Source: Candidatus Hydrogenedentota bacterium
GTDB lineage: Bacteria > Hydrogenedentota > Hydrogenedentia > Hydrogenedentales > SLHB01
Reading direction: 5' to 3'
Length of the DNA stretch: 64,000 nucleotides
Assembly: GCA_963674865.2 (NCBI GenBank)
Contig: CAXXYE010000003.1
Span: forward strand, 357,207-421,206
Part shown: piece after piece, positions 28,945 to 38,352 of the stretch
How positions within the stretch are numbered: position 1 is the first letter of the stretch
Layout of the letters: each line of letters opens with the position of its first letter
The notes under the pieces: model-generated
Told to the model about the DNA's origin: nothing
Seen by the model: only the letters and a program-made list of their open reading frames with translations
Database searches by the model: none
Translations under genes and position numbers: made by a program

Positions 28945-30939
28945 GTGACCTCCCGCGCTGCAAGCGTGCCGCCACAGGATGAACGCGGCGGGCCACTCCC
29001 GCGCAATGCCGCAGAGGGCTGGGCGGCGGCGCGCGGCGCCGTGCTTTGGCTCCTGTTCTGCGGGGTGGCCGTGCTCGTGCGCGGCGTGCGGTGGGATGAG
29101 AGTCTCGAACACGCTCAAACGATCCTGCGTTTGGTGCGCTACCCCGAGGGCCACCCACACTTCATCTTTTACAGGAACGCGTTCAATCTGCAACTCTGGG
29201 CCGCGGCCGCTCAGTTGCAGCTCTTGCCGAGTGCAGCGCTGCTCTGTTGGACGCGGAACACCTTGTTTCTCGCCGCGACGGTTGTCCCCGTCTACTTGAT
29301 CTCGGCCTTGCTGACGCGGCGGGCGCTGTTCGGGCACCTTGCCGCGGCCCTCGCCCTGGCCGGGATATACCTTGAGTTCTACTGCAACTATGCCCTCGCC
29401 ATCTGGCCGGGGTATTACGGCTACGGCCCCATCGGCACGGGCTACGCCCTGCTCACGCTGTACCTGTTCATGAGCGGCCGCCGCGCCGCGTACTTCCTCT
29501 GCGGCTTCATGCCGTGCGTTCATCTGGGACAGACTCCCGCCGTTGCGCTGCTCCTCGTCATCCACCTCGCCCTCACGATCCGGGAAGCCGGCTTCCGGCG
29601 TGCCGTCCCGGCGCTCCGGTGGGCGGCCGCGGGCGCGGCCCTATGCGGGCTGTTCTGGCTCATCCATCGAGGATTCATCGCGGCTCTGCCTACCGAAGGC
29701 CCTTACGCGGCGGCGGGGGATCCGCACGCCATCTGGGCGGGATACACATTTCACTTTGATCGCCATCGCAGCTTTCCGGTTGGCAACGGCCACATCGCCC
29801 TGGCGGGCCTTGTGCTCTTGTCATTGCTTACAGCACGCGCCGAGTCGCTTCGGACAGGCCGGTGCGGCCCATGGCGTTGGCTATGCATCTATGCGCTCGC
29901 TGTGGCGGCCATTGTCTGGGGCGCGATGGCCGCATACCTGCTGCTAGGCACGCGGACGCCGTTCCTCTTGATCGGCTGGATGCCGTATCGGCTCATGAAT
30001 CACGCGCCGCCCCTGCTGCTCGCCGCCATGGTAGGTATCCTCGGCGCAGCGAACGGCAGAGACGCAAGTTCGGGCGCCCGGCGGCCGTCCGTTCCCGGCC
30101 GCCTCGTGCTTGCCGGCGCGATGATGCTGGCGCTGGCTCGCCCGGCCCTCGCCGTGCTGCTGCCCGAAGTGGTGTACGCGCGATATCTCGCGGGAGGGGA
30201 GTTCATCATGTTCGGGCTTTTCGGCGCGGCGGCCGCCCAACTGCTCGCGACGGTAGATGGCGGGAAGTTCGCCCGCGTAGCTACCTTGGGACTTGGCGCA
30301 GTGGCCCTCGCGGCTTTGCTGTACACCCATCAGTTCGGTGCGCTCTGCGTGTTCGTGGGCGCGGGGGCATTCCTGCTTGTCGGCCGCGTCTGCCGCGGGG
30401 AGAAAACGCCGGCGGCCCGCCCGCGCGCGTGGGCCTCGCATTCCGCGACGTTAGGCGTGTTGTGTTTCCTGTGCGTCGGCCTGGTAACGGCCCAAGAGTG
30501 GCGGCATCGCGAGCATCTCCCGACAACGGCGTTCGAGCGCGAAGTGCGCGCCGTCCTTGCGTCACAAGGTGAGCCGGACGCCTTGCTCGTGGCCGATCCC
30601 TGGGAGTTCTACGTCCAGGTGCGAACGGGCCACCCCGTGCTTGCCGCTCCTGAGACTCCCGTATCCATCATCAGCTACATGCCCCAACTGGCCCCCGCCG
30701 TTCAGGCCATTTACGGCGATATCTACGGCGTTCATTTCACGCTCGATTCCACCGAAAGTGTCGCCTACACGTGGGAGGGCGTGTGGGCCGCCCGCACCGC
30801 CGAGGAATGGCGCACCCTCGCGGCGAAGTACGCCTTTCGGTATGTCATGGCGCCGCGAAGCGTGCCCTTGCCGCTGCGCGAGGTGGTTGCAGCCGATGAC
30901 AATGTCCTTTACGCCGTCAACGCGGGGCCGTCACGCTGA
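28945..30939 (+). CDS. Polytopic membrane protein, possibly a GT-C-type glycan-modifying enzyme
   Basis: More than 12 hydrophobic segments and a soluble C-terminal domain (AAKYAFRYVMAP). GTG start follows GAGGA. Confidence 0.55.
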   Translation: MTSRAASVPPQDERGGPLPRNAAEGWAAARGAVLWLLFCGVAVLVRGVRWDESLEHAQTILRLVRYPEGHPHFIFYRNAFNLQLWAAAAQLQLLPSAALLCWTRNTLFLAATVVPVYLISALLTRRALFGHLAAALALAGIYLEFYCNYALAIWPGYYGYGPIGTGYALLTLYLFMSGRRAAYFLCGFMPCVHLGQTPAVALLLVIHLALTIREAGFRRAVPALRWAAAGAALCGLFWLIHRGFIAALPTEGPYAAAGDPHAIWAGYTFHFDRHRSFPVGNGHIALAGLVLLSLLTARAESLRTGRCGPWRWLCIYALAVAAIVWGAMAAYLLLGTRTPFLLIGWMPYRLMNHAPPLLLAAMVGILGAANGRDASSGARRPSVPGRLVLAGAMMLALARPALAVLLPEVVYARYLAGGEFIMFGLFGAAAAQLLATVDGGKFARVATLGLGAVALAALLYTHQFGALCVFVGAGAFLLVGRVCRGEKTPAARPRAWASHSATLGVLCFLCVGLVTAQEWRHREHLPTTAFEREVRAVLASQGEPDALLVADPWEFYVQVRTGHPVLAAPETPVSIISYMPQLAPAVQAIYGDIYGVHFTLDSTESVAYTWEGVWAARTAEEWRTLAAKYAFRYVMAPRSVPLPLREVVAADDNVLYAVNAGPSR

Positions 30940-32788
30940 AGACGGCCCCGCGCCCTTCGGCGGCCACCTCATGGAATCGAGGCGAGCCGTGGAGCTGGTC
31001 GGTGACCTCCGGAGCCACCGGTGCGGTGTCGGGGCAGTAGATGTACTCCACGCACCAGTCGCGGACGAACTGCTCGCGGTAGACGTTGTCCTCATCGGCC
31101 GAGAAGAACCGGCTCACGCCGCGTCGCATGGCAGATACCGGCTGATCGGACAGACTGAGTGCCCCGTCGCCTATAAGCGCCCTATTGCCCGGCCGCAGGG
31201 ATATCACGTCGCCGAAGAACGGGTAGTCTTTGTACGGCGTGAGCACCACTCCGGGGCCGAGCGCGTCGAGGAGGCGGGCGTCCGTCTCGCTCATGACCTC
31301 GCTATGTGCCCAAGCGAAGGGGCCGCGGCCGGGAACATGCCCGAGCGGGCCTTGGAAGCACGCCGCGGCGACAAGGATCGAACACGTCCCGCATGTGAGC
31401 ATCGCGCCTGCGATAGCGCGTGCGCGGTGTGCCGGCATCCGGGCGAGGGACTGGGCGCTGAGCATCGAGATAGGCAGCATCAGCAGCACGGATAACCGAT
31501 TCGGCCCCCATCGCAGGAACCAGCCCCGGCCGAAGGCGGAAAATGACAAGGCGAGGAACAGAAGCAGCCATAGCGTCAGCCAGGCGTCCACATCGTTTAT
31601 CTCGTCGCGGGCTCCTGCGCTCCGCTTGCGCCTCCATGCGAATAGGAAGCCCGGCAAGAGGCCGAGAAGCGCCCAGTCGGACACGGCAACGGGCGCGGCG
31701 TGATCTCGGGCGATGAGCAGGTTGCCGTGGTAGCCTTGGTAGGCCAAGAACAGCACGGCGAAGACGCCGAGATATCCCACAACGCTCCATGCAAGAACGG
31801 CGGGTGGGCGGGGAAACCGCCGGAGATTCAGTCCAACCTGTCTCGGAACCGTGAAGAAGTGGAAGAACACCACGCTCAGGAAGGGCGACACCCACAGCGA
31901 CAGGCGGCCCAGTTCGAGAGCGTTCACGGCAAAAGTTGGATTCGCCCGGAGCAGGGCGAGCGCCGCCCCTACGCCGAGGCCCGCCGGGACGGCATATCGC
32001 GTGGCGAGCTCAAATCGGCGGCGCCAGGAACCTCCGGGAAGGCAAAGCACGTAGAGGGCCGCGACGCCGCCTAGCATGGCGCCTGTTCGGGCGTTCAGGA
32101 GGCCGCCCACGAAGATCAGTCCCATGCTGAAGGTGCCCGGGAAACGCCCTTTGCGGACACCTCTGATGAAGCGCGTCAGTCCGTAGATGCCTATGGCCAA
32201 GGGCAGCGTGTAGTGCAAGCGCGGCAGCAGGAGGTGCGGGGCGAGATACGTCCGCTCGCACAGCTCGTAGTAGGCGAAGCGCATGAAGTAGGACTCAAAC
32301 GCCGGTGCGTCGTGCAGGCTTAACAGCCCTGTCACGAGGTACAGGAGCCCGCCCAGTCCGCCGCCCACGGCGAAGAGCGAGAAGGCGAGATTCGCCCGTT
32401 TCGGCATTACCTCTCGTATGAAGACGTACGCCGCGAGAAGATATAGCGCTGCGCCGGCCCCGTTGGCCAAGCCGAGCATGAGGAAATCATCTAGCCTAAG
32501 CAGGCGGCCCACCAGGCCGATGAGGCCGAAGAACCAGAAGGGCGTGGCGAAGTATCCCGCGTACTGCTCGCCGTGGGGGGCGCGGCACGTAGCGAACGGC
32601 GACCTGAATCCCGTCTCGAACATCCGCATGTGGTGCAGGTAGTTGACGCTGTCCACCGTGTGCAGGCCCGTGGACGCCGTCCCAGGCGGTGGGAAGCAGG
32701 CCAGCCAAACGTGCGTCAGCGGCTCGATGGAGGCCAGCGCGAGGATGATCCCCCACACCCAGGCCGGAATCCGTGGGCGCGAACTCAT
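30917..32788 (-). CDS. Polytopic membrane protein, possibly GT-C-type
   Basis: N-terminal TM followed by loop with DSVNY, many TM helices, C-terminal domain REQFVRDWCVEYIY. Coupled to the upstream GT2. Confidence 0.55.
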   Translation of the reverse strand: MSSRPRIPAWVWGIILALASIEPLTHVWLACFPPPGTASTGLHTVDSVNYLHHMRMFETGFRSPFATCRAPHGEQYAGYFATPFWFFGLIGLVGRLLRLDDFLMLGLANGAGAALYLLAAYVFIREVMPKRANLAFSLFAVGGGLGGLLYLVTGLLSLHDAPAFESYFMRFAYYELCERTYLAPHLLLPRLHYTLPLAIGIYGLTRFIRGVRKGRFPGTFSMGLIFVGGLLNARTGAMLGGVAALYVLCLPGGSWRRRFELATRYAVPAGLGVGAALALLRANPTFAVNALELGRLSLWVSPFLSVVFFHFFTVPRQVGLNLRRFPRPPAVLAWSVVGYLGVFAVLFLAYQGYHGNLLIARDHAAPVAVSDWALLGLLPGFLFAWRRKRSAGARDEINDVDAWLTLWLLLFLALSFSAFGRGWFLRWGPNRLSVLLMLPISMLSAQSLARMPAHRARAIAGAMLTCGTCSILVAAACFQGPLGHVPGRGPFAWAHSEVMSETDARLLDALGPGVVLTPYKDYPFFGDVISLRPGNRALIGDGALSLSDQPVSAMRRGVSRFFSADEDNVYREQFVRDWCVEYIYCPDTAPVAPEVTDQLHGSPRFHEVAAEGRGAVFSVTAPR

Positions 32789-33759
32789 CCGTCGCCGCCC
32801 TTCTTCGTCAGCAGCTTCTCGAGTTCGGCAGGCTTCAATGCACTCGAACGTTGAATGCGCCGGCGCTGTTTCCAAACGTGCGGCAGACAACCGATGACGG
32901 ATAGCCACGCCGTCAGAAGCATCACCGTGGCCCGCAGTGCGCCGAACTCATTGCGCGCGGCGGAAAAGAGCCGCCGCGTCTGATGCCATCGCTCGGCGAG
33001 AATGGCCGCTGCATGCCGAAGGAGGAGGCGTCGCGGCATGTTCTTCAGCACGAGCAGCGCGTGATTCCGGTAGCACTGGCGCGTACGCCACCACGTGCGC
33101 GTGGCTATGCTCGCGGAGCCGACGTGGTAGGCGAGCGCGTCCGGCACAAGTTCGGCGGTGAATCCCGCCAGCCGGGCGCGGAAGCTCAAGTCGCTATCCT
33201 CAAAATAGGCCACGAACCGTTCGTCAAACAGCCCGACTTTGTCGAAGACCTTGCGCCGATACAATCCCGCGCACGCGGATACGCCGAAAATCGCTTGCGG
33301 CGGCGTGAAGTCCGCTCTATCTCGCCCGTGTCCAATGCTTTCCGGGCGGCCGTTGGCCCGTTGCCTGTCCCCGGCGCCATAGACACGCTCGGATTCATCG
33401 CGCCACAGGATCAGCGGACTGAACAGCGCCGCCGCGCTCCGTCCCGCAGCTTCGACAAGACGCGCCAGGCAGCTTGGCTCCAGCGTCACGTCATTATTGA
33501 GGAGAAGGATGAGCGGCGCACTGGCGCGCCTGACGCCCGCGTTCGCGGCGACGCAGAATCCCTTGTTCTCGGACAGATCGACAACCGTCGCCCAGGGATG
33601 ACGGCGGGCGAGGGCTTGCTTCGTGCCGTCCGTGGAGCCGTCGTCCACGACAATCGCCTCGAATTGCTGGAATGTCTGCGCACGCAGCGAATCGAGGCAG
33701 GCCGTGAGGAGTTCCTTGTTGTTCCAGGTAGGAATGATGACGGATAGCCGCGGGCGCAT
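32785..33759 (-). CDS. Glycosyltransferase family 2
   Basis: SVIIPTWN, VVDDGSTDG, NKGFCVAANAG, LLLNND, FDERFVAYFEDSDL. Confidence 0.93.
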   Translation of the reverse strand: MRPRLSVIIPTWNNKELLTACLDSLRAQTFQQFEAIVVDDGSTDGTKQALARRHPWATVVDLSENKGFCVAANAGVRRASAPLILLLNNDVTLEPSCLARLVEAAGRSAAALFSPLILWRDESERVYGAGDRQRANGRPESIGHGRDRADFTPPQAIFGVSACAGLYRRKVFDKVGLFDERFVAYFEDSDLSFRARLAGFTAELVPDALAYHVGSASIATRTWWRTRQCYRNHALLVLKNMPRRLLLRHAAAILAERWHQTRRLFSAARNEFGALRATVMLLTAWLSVIGCLPHVWKQRRRIQRSSALKPAELEKLLTKKGGDG

Positions 33760-33760
33760 G

Positions 33761-34528
33761 CTAGAAATCCTCCGGCTCGATCCAAATGACACGCCGGTAG
33801 CATACGCCGAGATGCACGCGGCACAACAACGGCGTGCACAGGCGGAGGAGGGCCTGGAACAAGGCGTTTCCCCGGCCCGGCCATCCGCAGATGAGTACGC
33901 GCCACATCAAGTGCCAGAGCCACAGGTTCGCGTTTTCGCCAAGCGTGACGCGGCGCGCATCGCCGACACACTGACGCAAGGTGGTCGTTGCGTCTTCAGC
34001 GTCCGGCAATTCCTGAGCCGCATGTTCGGAGAACCACCGGAATTCCCTGCCGGTGTGCCGCCGGTAGGCTTCGCGGACGCGCCGCTCGGCGCGGGCGGCG
34101 GCTTCGCCCGAAGGGAAAGCGATCGCGGCCGTGCCCGGCGCAGCCAAGACGCGGGCCGCCTCTTCAAGCGCCTCCGGGCGTCGCTCGGTTGCGATGTGCT
34201 CGAGTGTGTCGATGCAGACGCACAAATCCATGGCGCCCGCTCGAAACGGCAAGGCGGCTGCATCCGCGGCCACGGGCAACACGTCCTGCGCCTGGCGTGC
34301 GCTGCGCAGACTCGCGAGGTCCGCGTCGACAACGATAACGCGTACTCCGGCGAAGCGCGCCAAGCCGTTCTCGTTGGCCCCGATCTCGAGAATTTGTCCC
34401 GCCGCTGCCAATGCGCCGCGTCGGCGTAGCCTGCGCACCAGGGGCATATACCGCAGCGCCCAATCCGGATAGCCCCGGCCATCCTTCTCTGCGTAGGCCA
34501 GTAGCCGTCTGTGCAGGGCCTCAAGCAT
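33761..34528 (-). CDS. Class I SAM-dependent methyltransferase
   Basis: ILEIGANENG, ADAAALPF, DTLEHI, RVLAAPG. Confidence 0.85.
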   Translation of the reverse strand: MLEALHRRLLAYAEKDGRGYPDWALRYMPLVRRLRRRGALAAAGQILEIGANENGLARFAGVRVIVVDADLASLRSARQAQDVLPVAADAAALPFRAGAMDLCVCIDTLEHIATERRPEALEEAARVLAAPGTAAIAFPSGEAAARAERRVREAYRRHTGREFRWFSEHAAQELPDAEDATTTLRQCVGDARRVTLGENANLWLWHLMWRVLICGWPGRGNALFQALLRLCTPLLCRVHLGVCYRRVIWIEPEDF

Positions 34529-36137
34529 GGCGCCGCCTACGCAGCCATGCGCCCACGCCCGGCACGCGGCCTAGATGAAGCGTGTCCATGATGAAGGCCG
34601 CGTCGAAGGCGTCGAAGAAGCGCGTGGAGGCCATGATCCCGAGGTAGCTCACGAGGAGCCATGCGCCGGTTCCGAGCAGCACTGCTGCGTTGGGAACGCG
34701 GCCGGTGAGGCCCGAACTGAGCCAATCGCCCAGGGCGGCCACGGCCAGCCCGGGGGCTGCCGCCAAGCATGGCCATAGCACGGCGCCGCGCAGGATGGCA
34801 CGGGCCTTGAGGCCTGTCACCGGTTCGAGCGCGACGAAGAACCAGCCGCAGGAAAGGAACATCGACAGGGCCGTTGCAATGGGAATCCCGTAGAAGCCCA
34901 TGGCGTAGACGAGAAGCAGCGTCAGCGCGATATTGGCGATCATCGCGATAAGTCCGGCATTCATTTGGAGGCCCGGACGGCCCTTTCCCAGAACCAGCGT
35001 CACGCCGGGGCCGGGCAGGACGTTTGCCACATAGCCGAGCGCGATGATCCGGAGCACCCATGCTGCCGTGTCGAGGCCGGCCACGTCGCCCATCCAGGCC
35101 CGCATCAGCGGCCCCGCCGCGCCGACGAGGAAGGCCGAGGCGGGGATGCCGATAAAGGCCACGTACTTCGTGCCGCGAAGATACAATTCCCGCAGGCGCT
35201 CTTCCTCGCCGCGCGCATCGAGGTCGGACACGGCGGGCACCAGCGCCGTGAGAAGCAGCCCGGGGATCTGCCGAGACTTGTTGGCCCACAGAAGGCCGAG
35301 CTCGTAGAGGCCCACCAGATGAAGCTGCCCCAGGAACACGAGTCCGGCAATCACCTTGTCCGTCTGGAACATGATCAGGTTGGCGAGGCGCGATACCTGC
35401 GTCTTCCATCCAAATCCAAACAAACGCCCGAGCGTCGGCAGCTCGATCCAGCGCGGCGACACGCGAAGCGAGGGAACCAGCCGGAATGCCGCTACGATAC
35501 TTGCGGCCCCGAAGACGCCAAAGGCGGCCGCTTCTGCGTACAGCAATCCGCGTACGCCGTGGCCTGTCTCGATGAAGCCAATCGTCGCGCCGAGTTTCAC
35601 GAGGGACGCCACGAAGCTCTGCACGTTCGTGATGCCCATGCGCTGTAGGCCCGTCTGAACCGCCGTGAAGGCGGAAACGCAGTTTGACGCGCAGAAGAGC
35701 ACGAGGGCCCAACGCAAGAGAAATCGCAAGTCGGCGAGTAGCCCGGCGTCCGCCAGATCTCCTACGCGGGCGGGCGCAAGCCGGCCCAGGGCGCCGATGA
35801 TCAGGTCGATAGCGGGCCATCCCAGCGCGATGAGCAGGACGCCGAGGAAGAGATAGAAGAAGAATCCGGTGCTCACGATCCGCGATATGGCCTGCTCTTC
35901 CTTGCGCGCGGCGTGCCCCGCGATGTACTTGGCGTAAGCGCTGCTGATGCCCAGATCGAACAGCGCCACATATCCCGTGAACGCGCTAAGCAGTGCCCAC
36001 GCGCCCCACGCCGCGAGGCCCACACGGGGCACCACATACGGCGTGAGCACGAGCAGCGCGAGCAGGGCCTCCCACGTCCGCCCCGCCGCGTTGAACAGCG
36101 TATTCCTGGCTATGGTGCGCCGCGTTGACACGCTCAC
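34521..36137 (-). CDS. Wzx-like polysaccharide/oligosaccharide flippase
   Basis: IARNTLFN, LFDLGISSA..KY, LFGFG, QTDKVI, ALVPAVS, NIALTLLL...GFYGIPIAT. Confidence 0.85.
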   Translation of the reverse strand: MSVSTRRTIARNTLFNAAGRTWEALLALLVLTPYVVPRVGLAAWGAWALLSAFTGYVALFDLGISSAYAKYIAGHAARKEEQAISRIVSTGFFFYLFLGVLLIALGWPAIDLIIGALGRLAPARVGDLADAGLLADLRFLLRWALVLFCASNCVSAFTAVQTGLQRMGITNVQSFVASLVKLGATIGFIETGHGVRGLLYAEAAAFGVFGAASIVAAFRLVPSLRVSPRWIELPTLGRLFGFGWKTQVSRLANLIMFQTDKVIAGLVFLGQLHLVGLYELGLLWANKSRQIPGLLLTALVPAVSDLDARGEEERLRELYLRGTKYVAFIGIPASAFLVGAAGPLMRAWMGDVAGLDTAAWVLRIIALGYVANVLPGPGVTLVLGKGRPGLQMNAGLIAMIANIALTLLLVYAMGFYGIPIATALSMFLSCGWFFVALEPVTGLKARAILRGAVLWPCLAAAPGLAVAALGDWLSSGLTGRVPNAAVLLGTGAWLLVSYLGIMASTRFFDAFDAAFIMDTLHLGRVPGVGAWLRRRRHA

Positions 36138-36144
36138 GTCCCCT

Positions 36145-37980
36145 TCAGGGCCTATCTTCGTCGTCTTCACTTGCGGACGGATATTGGAGCGCATAGAGTT
36201 CCACGCGCTCGGTGCCCGCCGAACGAGCCCGCGCAAGGTCGAATGCCTTCACCATCGCAAAGTGGCGAGGGTCGTGCCGCCAAGTATTCAACAGGTCAAG
36301 CAGCCCGCTTTGTGCGTAGCCGGGCGACTCCGTCACGTAGGATTCAGGATAGAACAAGTAAGCGATGCCACGAGATTGTAGCCAGGCTAATTGCTCATCA
36401 AGCGGCGCGCCGCGCATGCGCTTGAGGGCCTCGAAATTCTGGAAGGTGCGGCCCTCGATGTAGTAGCTGCGCGGATCGAGGGTGAGCACGGTGTCGGACG
36501 GCGGGATGTACTTGTTCACCCACGCAAACGCCGGATAGCGCTCGACGCGCTCCGCAAGATACTGCTGACGCGGCTCCAGCCGTAGGGCGGCGGGAATCTT
36601 GAAGTGGACGGCGGCCACGTCGAGCGCCAACTGGTAGGCGAATACGATCGCGAGGATGACCGCGATGGACCGCTGGAGTCCCCTGAGCCGGCACGGCGCC
36701 AGCGCCGCCACCACCATCATGGGAACGAAGAAAGGGAGCAGGTAGCGCGCGTGCTGCCGGAAGAAGAAGAGGCAGGTTCCCCCGGCCAGGCTGAACGCCG
36801 CCAGCCACCAGGCGCGTCTGCCGCCCACAATCAAGCCCACCGGGCCGAGGATGAGCAGCAGGGCTCCCGGCGATTTTGTCCACCCATCGTACCAGTGCGG
36901 ACGCATGATAATGTTCCAGGGGAACATCAAGTAGGCCCGCAAGCCGGTTCCGCGGAGTGACTCGTGCACGCCCAGGGCGGAGATCTCGGCGTCGGCTACC
37001 GTGTTCGGGGAGAGAAGCGACATGAAGAAGGGATAGACGGGATTCCCAACGAGCAAGGTGCTGCGAAGCATCCACGGGAAGGCCCCCAACACCGCCGCCC
37101 CGGCATAGCAGGCAACCGCCGTGAACCGGCGAGGCCCTTTGCCCAGGAGCACCGCGATTAGAAGCAGCAGGCCGACAAGATATCCCGTATGCCGGACACC
37201 GCAAGAACTCCCCGCGAAAAAGCCGGCGAGGACCACCCAGCCTGCTTTGCGCTCGTCATGCCAGGCGAACACTGCCGCCAAGGCCCCCGCCGTCAACGCG
37301 GCAAAGGCCACATCCAGCGACACGGTGCCCGCTTGATCCAGGAAGATGGGGGCCGTGGCGAAGATGGCCGCGGCGATGATTCCGCATCGGCGGCCGCCTA
37401 CTCGGCGTCCTAGCGCGTAAACCATGAAACAATCCAGGACGCCGAAGAGCCAACTCATCAGCGCGGCGGCGGATTCTCCCCCTTCGACATAGGCCCCCGT
37501 GAAAAGGCAGTGCATGAGATGAGGATAGGCGGAGTATGCGTTTCCCTCGATGAGCATGATGCGGCCTTCGCGCGCGTAGTCCGCCGGAAGCGCCAGATGG
37601 GCGACGGCCGCGTCCCAGCTCGTCACCGGCGCCAACGCCCCCAGCAGGGACAGCATCAGCGCCGCGGCGATAGCCGACATCCCGAGACGCTCGAGTCCCG
37701 TCAGGGCCGGACGCGGCACCAGCGCGCGTGGTTTGGCTTCCTTCCGCCTGAATCGCCATAGGAACAGTTCAAAAATGACGCCTGCCGCCGCGATGGCGTA
37801 GAGCGCGAATCGCGCCCACCTGAGCGAGATGCTGCCTAACGCCAAGATGACTATGGCAGATAGAATCAGGCCGGCCAGCATCCGGAAAGACGCGCCCTCA
37901 GGATCTTTGGGCAGCTTGAGAGGGCGCAGCGCCCATGTGCCCAGCAGAGCGGCCGCGATGATGAGTATTAGAAACGACAT
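36145..37980 (-). CDS. GT-C (ArnT/PMT, GT39-like) membrane glycosyltransferase
   Basis: PVTSWDAAVAHL, YPHLMH, PWMLRS...GNPVYPF, RYLLP; many TM helices. Confidence 0.75.
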   Translation of the reverse strand: MSFLILIIAAALLGTWALRPLKLPKDPEGASFRMLAGLILSAIVILALGSISLRWARFALYAIAAAGVIFELFLWRFRRKEAKPRALVPRPALTGLERLGMSAIAAALMLSLLGALAPVTSWDAAVAHLALPADYAREGRIMLIEGNAYSAYPHLMHCLFTGAYVEGGESAAALMSWLFGVLDCFMVYALGRRVGGRRCGIIAAAIFATAPIFLDQAGTVSLDVAFAALTAGALAAVFAWHDERKAGWVVLAGFFAGSSCGVRHTGYLVGLLLLIAVLLGKGPRRFTAVACYAGAAVLGAFPWMLRSTLLVGNPVYPFFMSLLSPNTVADAEISALGVHESLRGTGLRAYLMFPWNIIMRPHWYDGWTKSPGALLLILGPVGLIVGGRRAWWLAAFSLAGGTCLFFFRQHARYLLPFFVPMMVVAALAPCRLRGLQRSIAVILAIVFAYQLALDVAAVHFKIPAALRLEPRQQYLAERVERYPAFAWVNKYIPPSDTVLTLDPRSYYIEGRTFQNFEALKRMRGAPLDEQLAWLQSRGIAYLFYPESYVTESPGYAQSGLLDLLNTWRHDPRHFAMVKAFDLARARSAGTERVELYALQYPSASEDDEDRP

Positions 37981-38144
37981 CCTCTCCCCAGCTCACGCCT
38001 GTTCCCGCCCAAACGAGCGCAGCCTTCCAGTGATGACTTATCGACCATAGGAACGATAGCACGCCGTCTGCGCGCAATCCACCGCTCCGCCCGGCCCAAA
38101 TCTGCACGTAAGCCGGGCAGGTTGCGCGCCTATCGCGGGAATAC

Positions 38145-38281
38145 GCAGGCTGGAAGCCCACACCACCATATGGCCCTTCTCGGAACGTTGGTAAGCGTGT
38201 CTTGACAAATGGCGAGCGCGCCGGAGATTGTGGCGCGGGCATCTTGCCTGCCGGAGATTGTGGCGCGGGCATCCTGCCTGC
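38145..38281. repeat. REP/BIME-like cluster: 30-bp tandem duplication plus an inverted palindromic unit
   Basis: gccggagattgtggcgcgggcatc(t/c)tgcct twice (38220-38279). gcaggctggaagcccacaccac at 38145 matches its reverse complement at 18 of 22 positions. Confidence 0.75.
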
Positions 38282-38352
38282 CTCCGGCGCGCGTGCTTGG
38301 GATGCAGGACCGCGCTTACGTGCGGATTCCGGCCGGACGGCGAAGATGCCGA

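Noticed and set aside
38220..38281. CRISPR array
   Set aside because: Two adjacent 30-bp units with no spacers and no cas genes.
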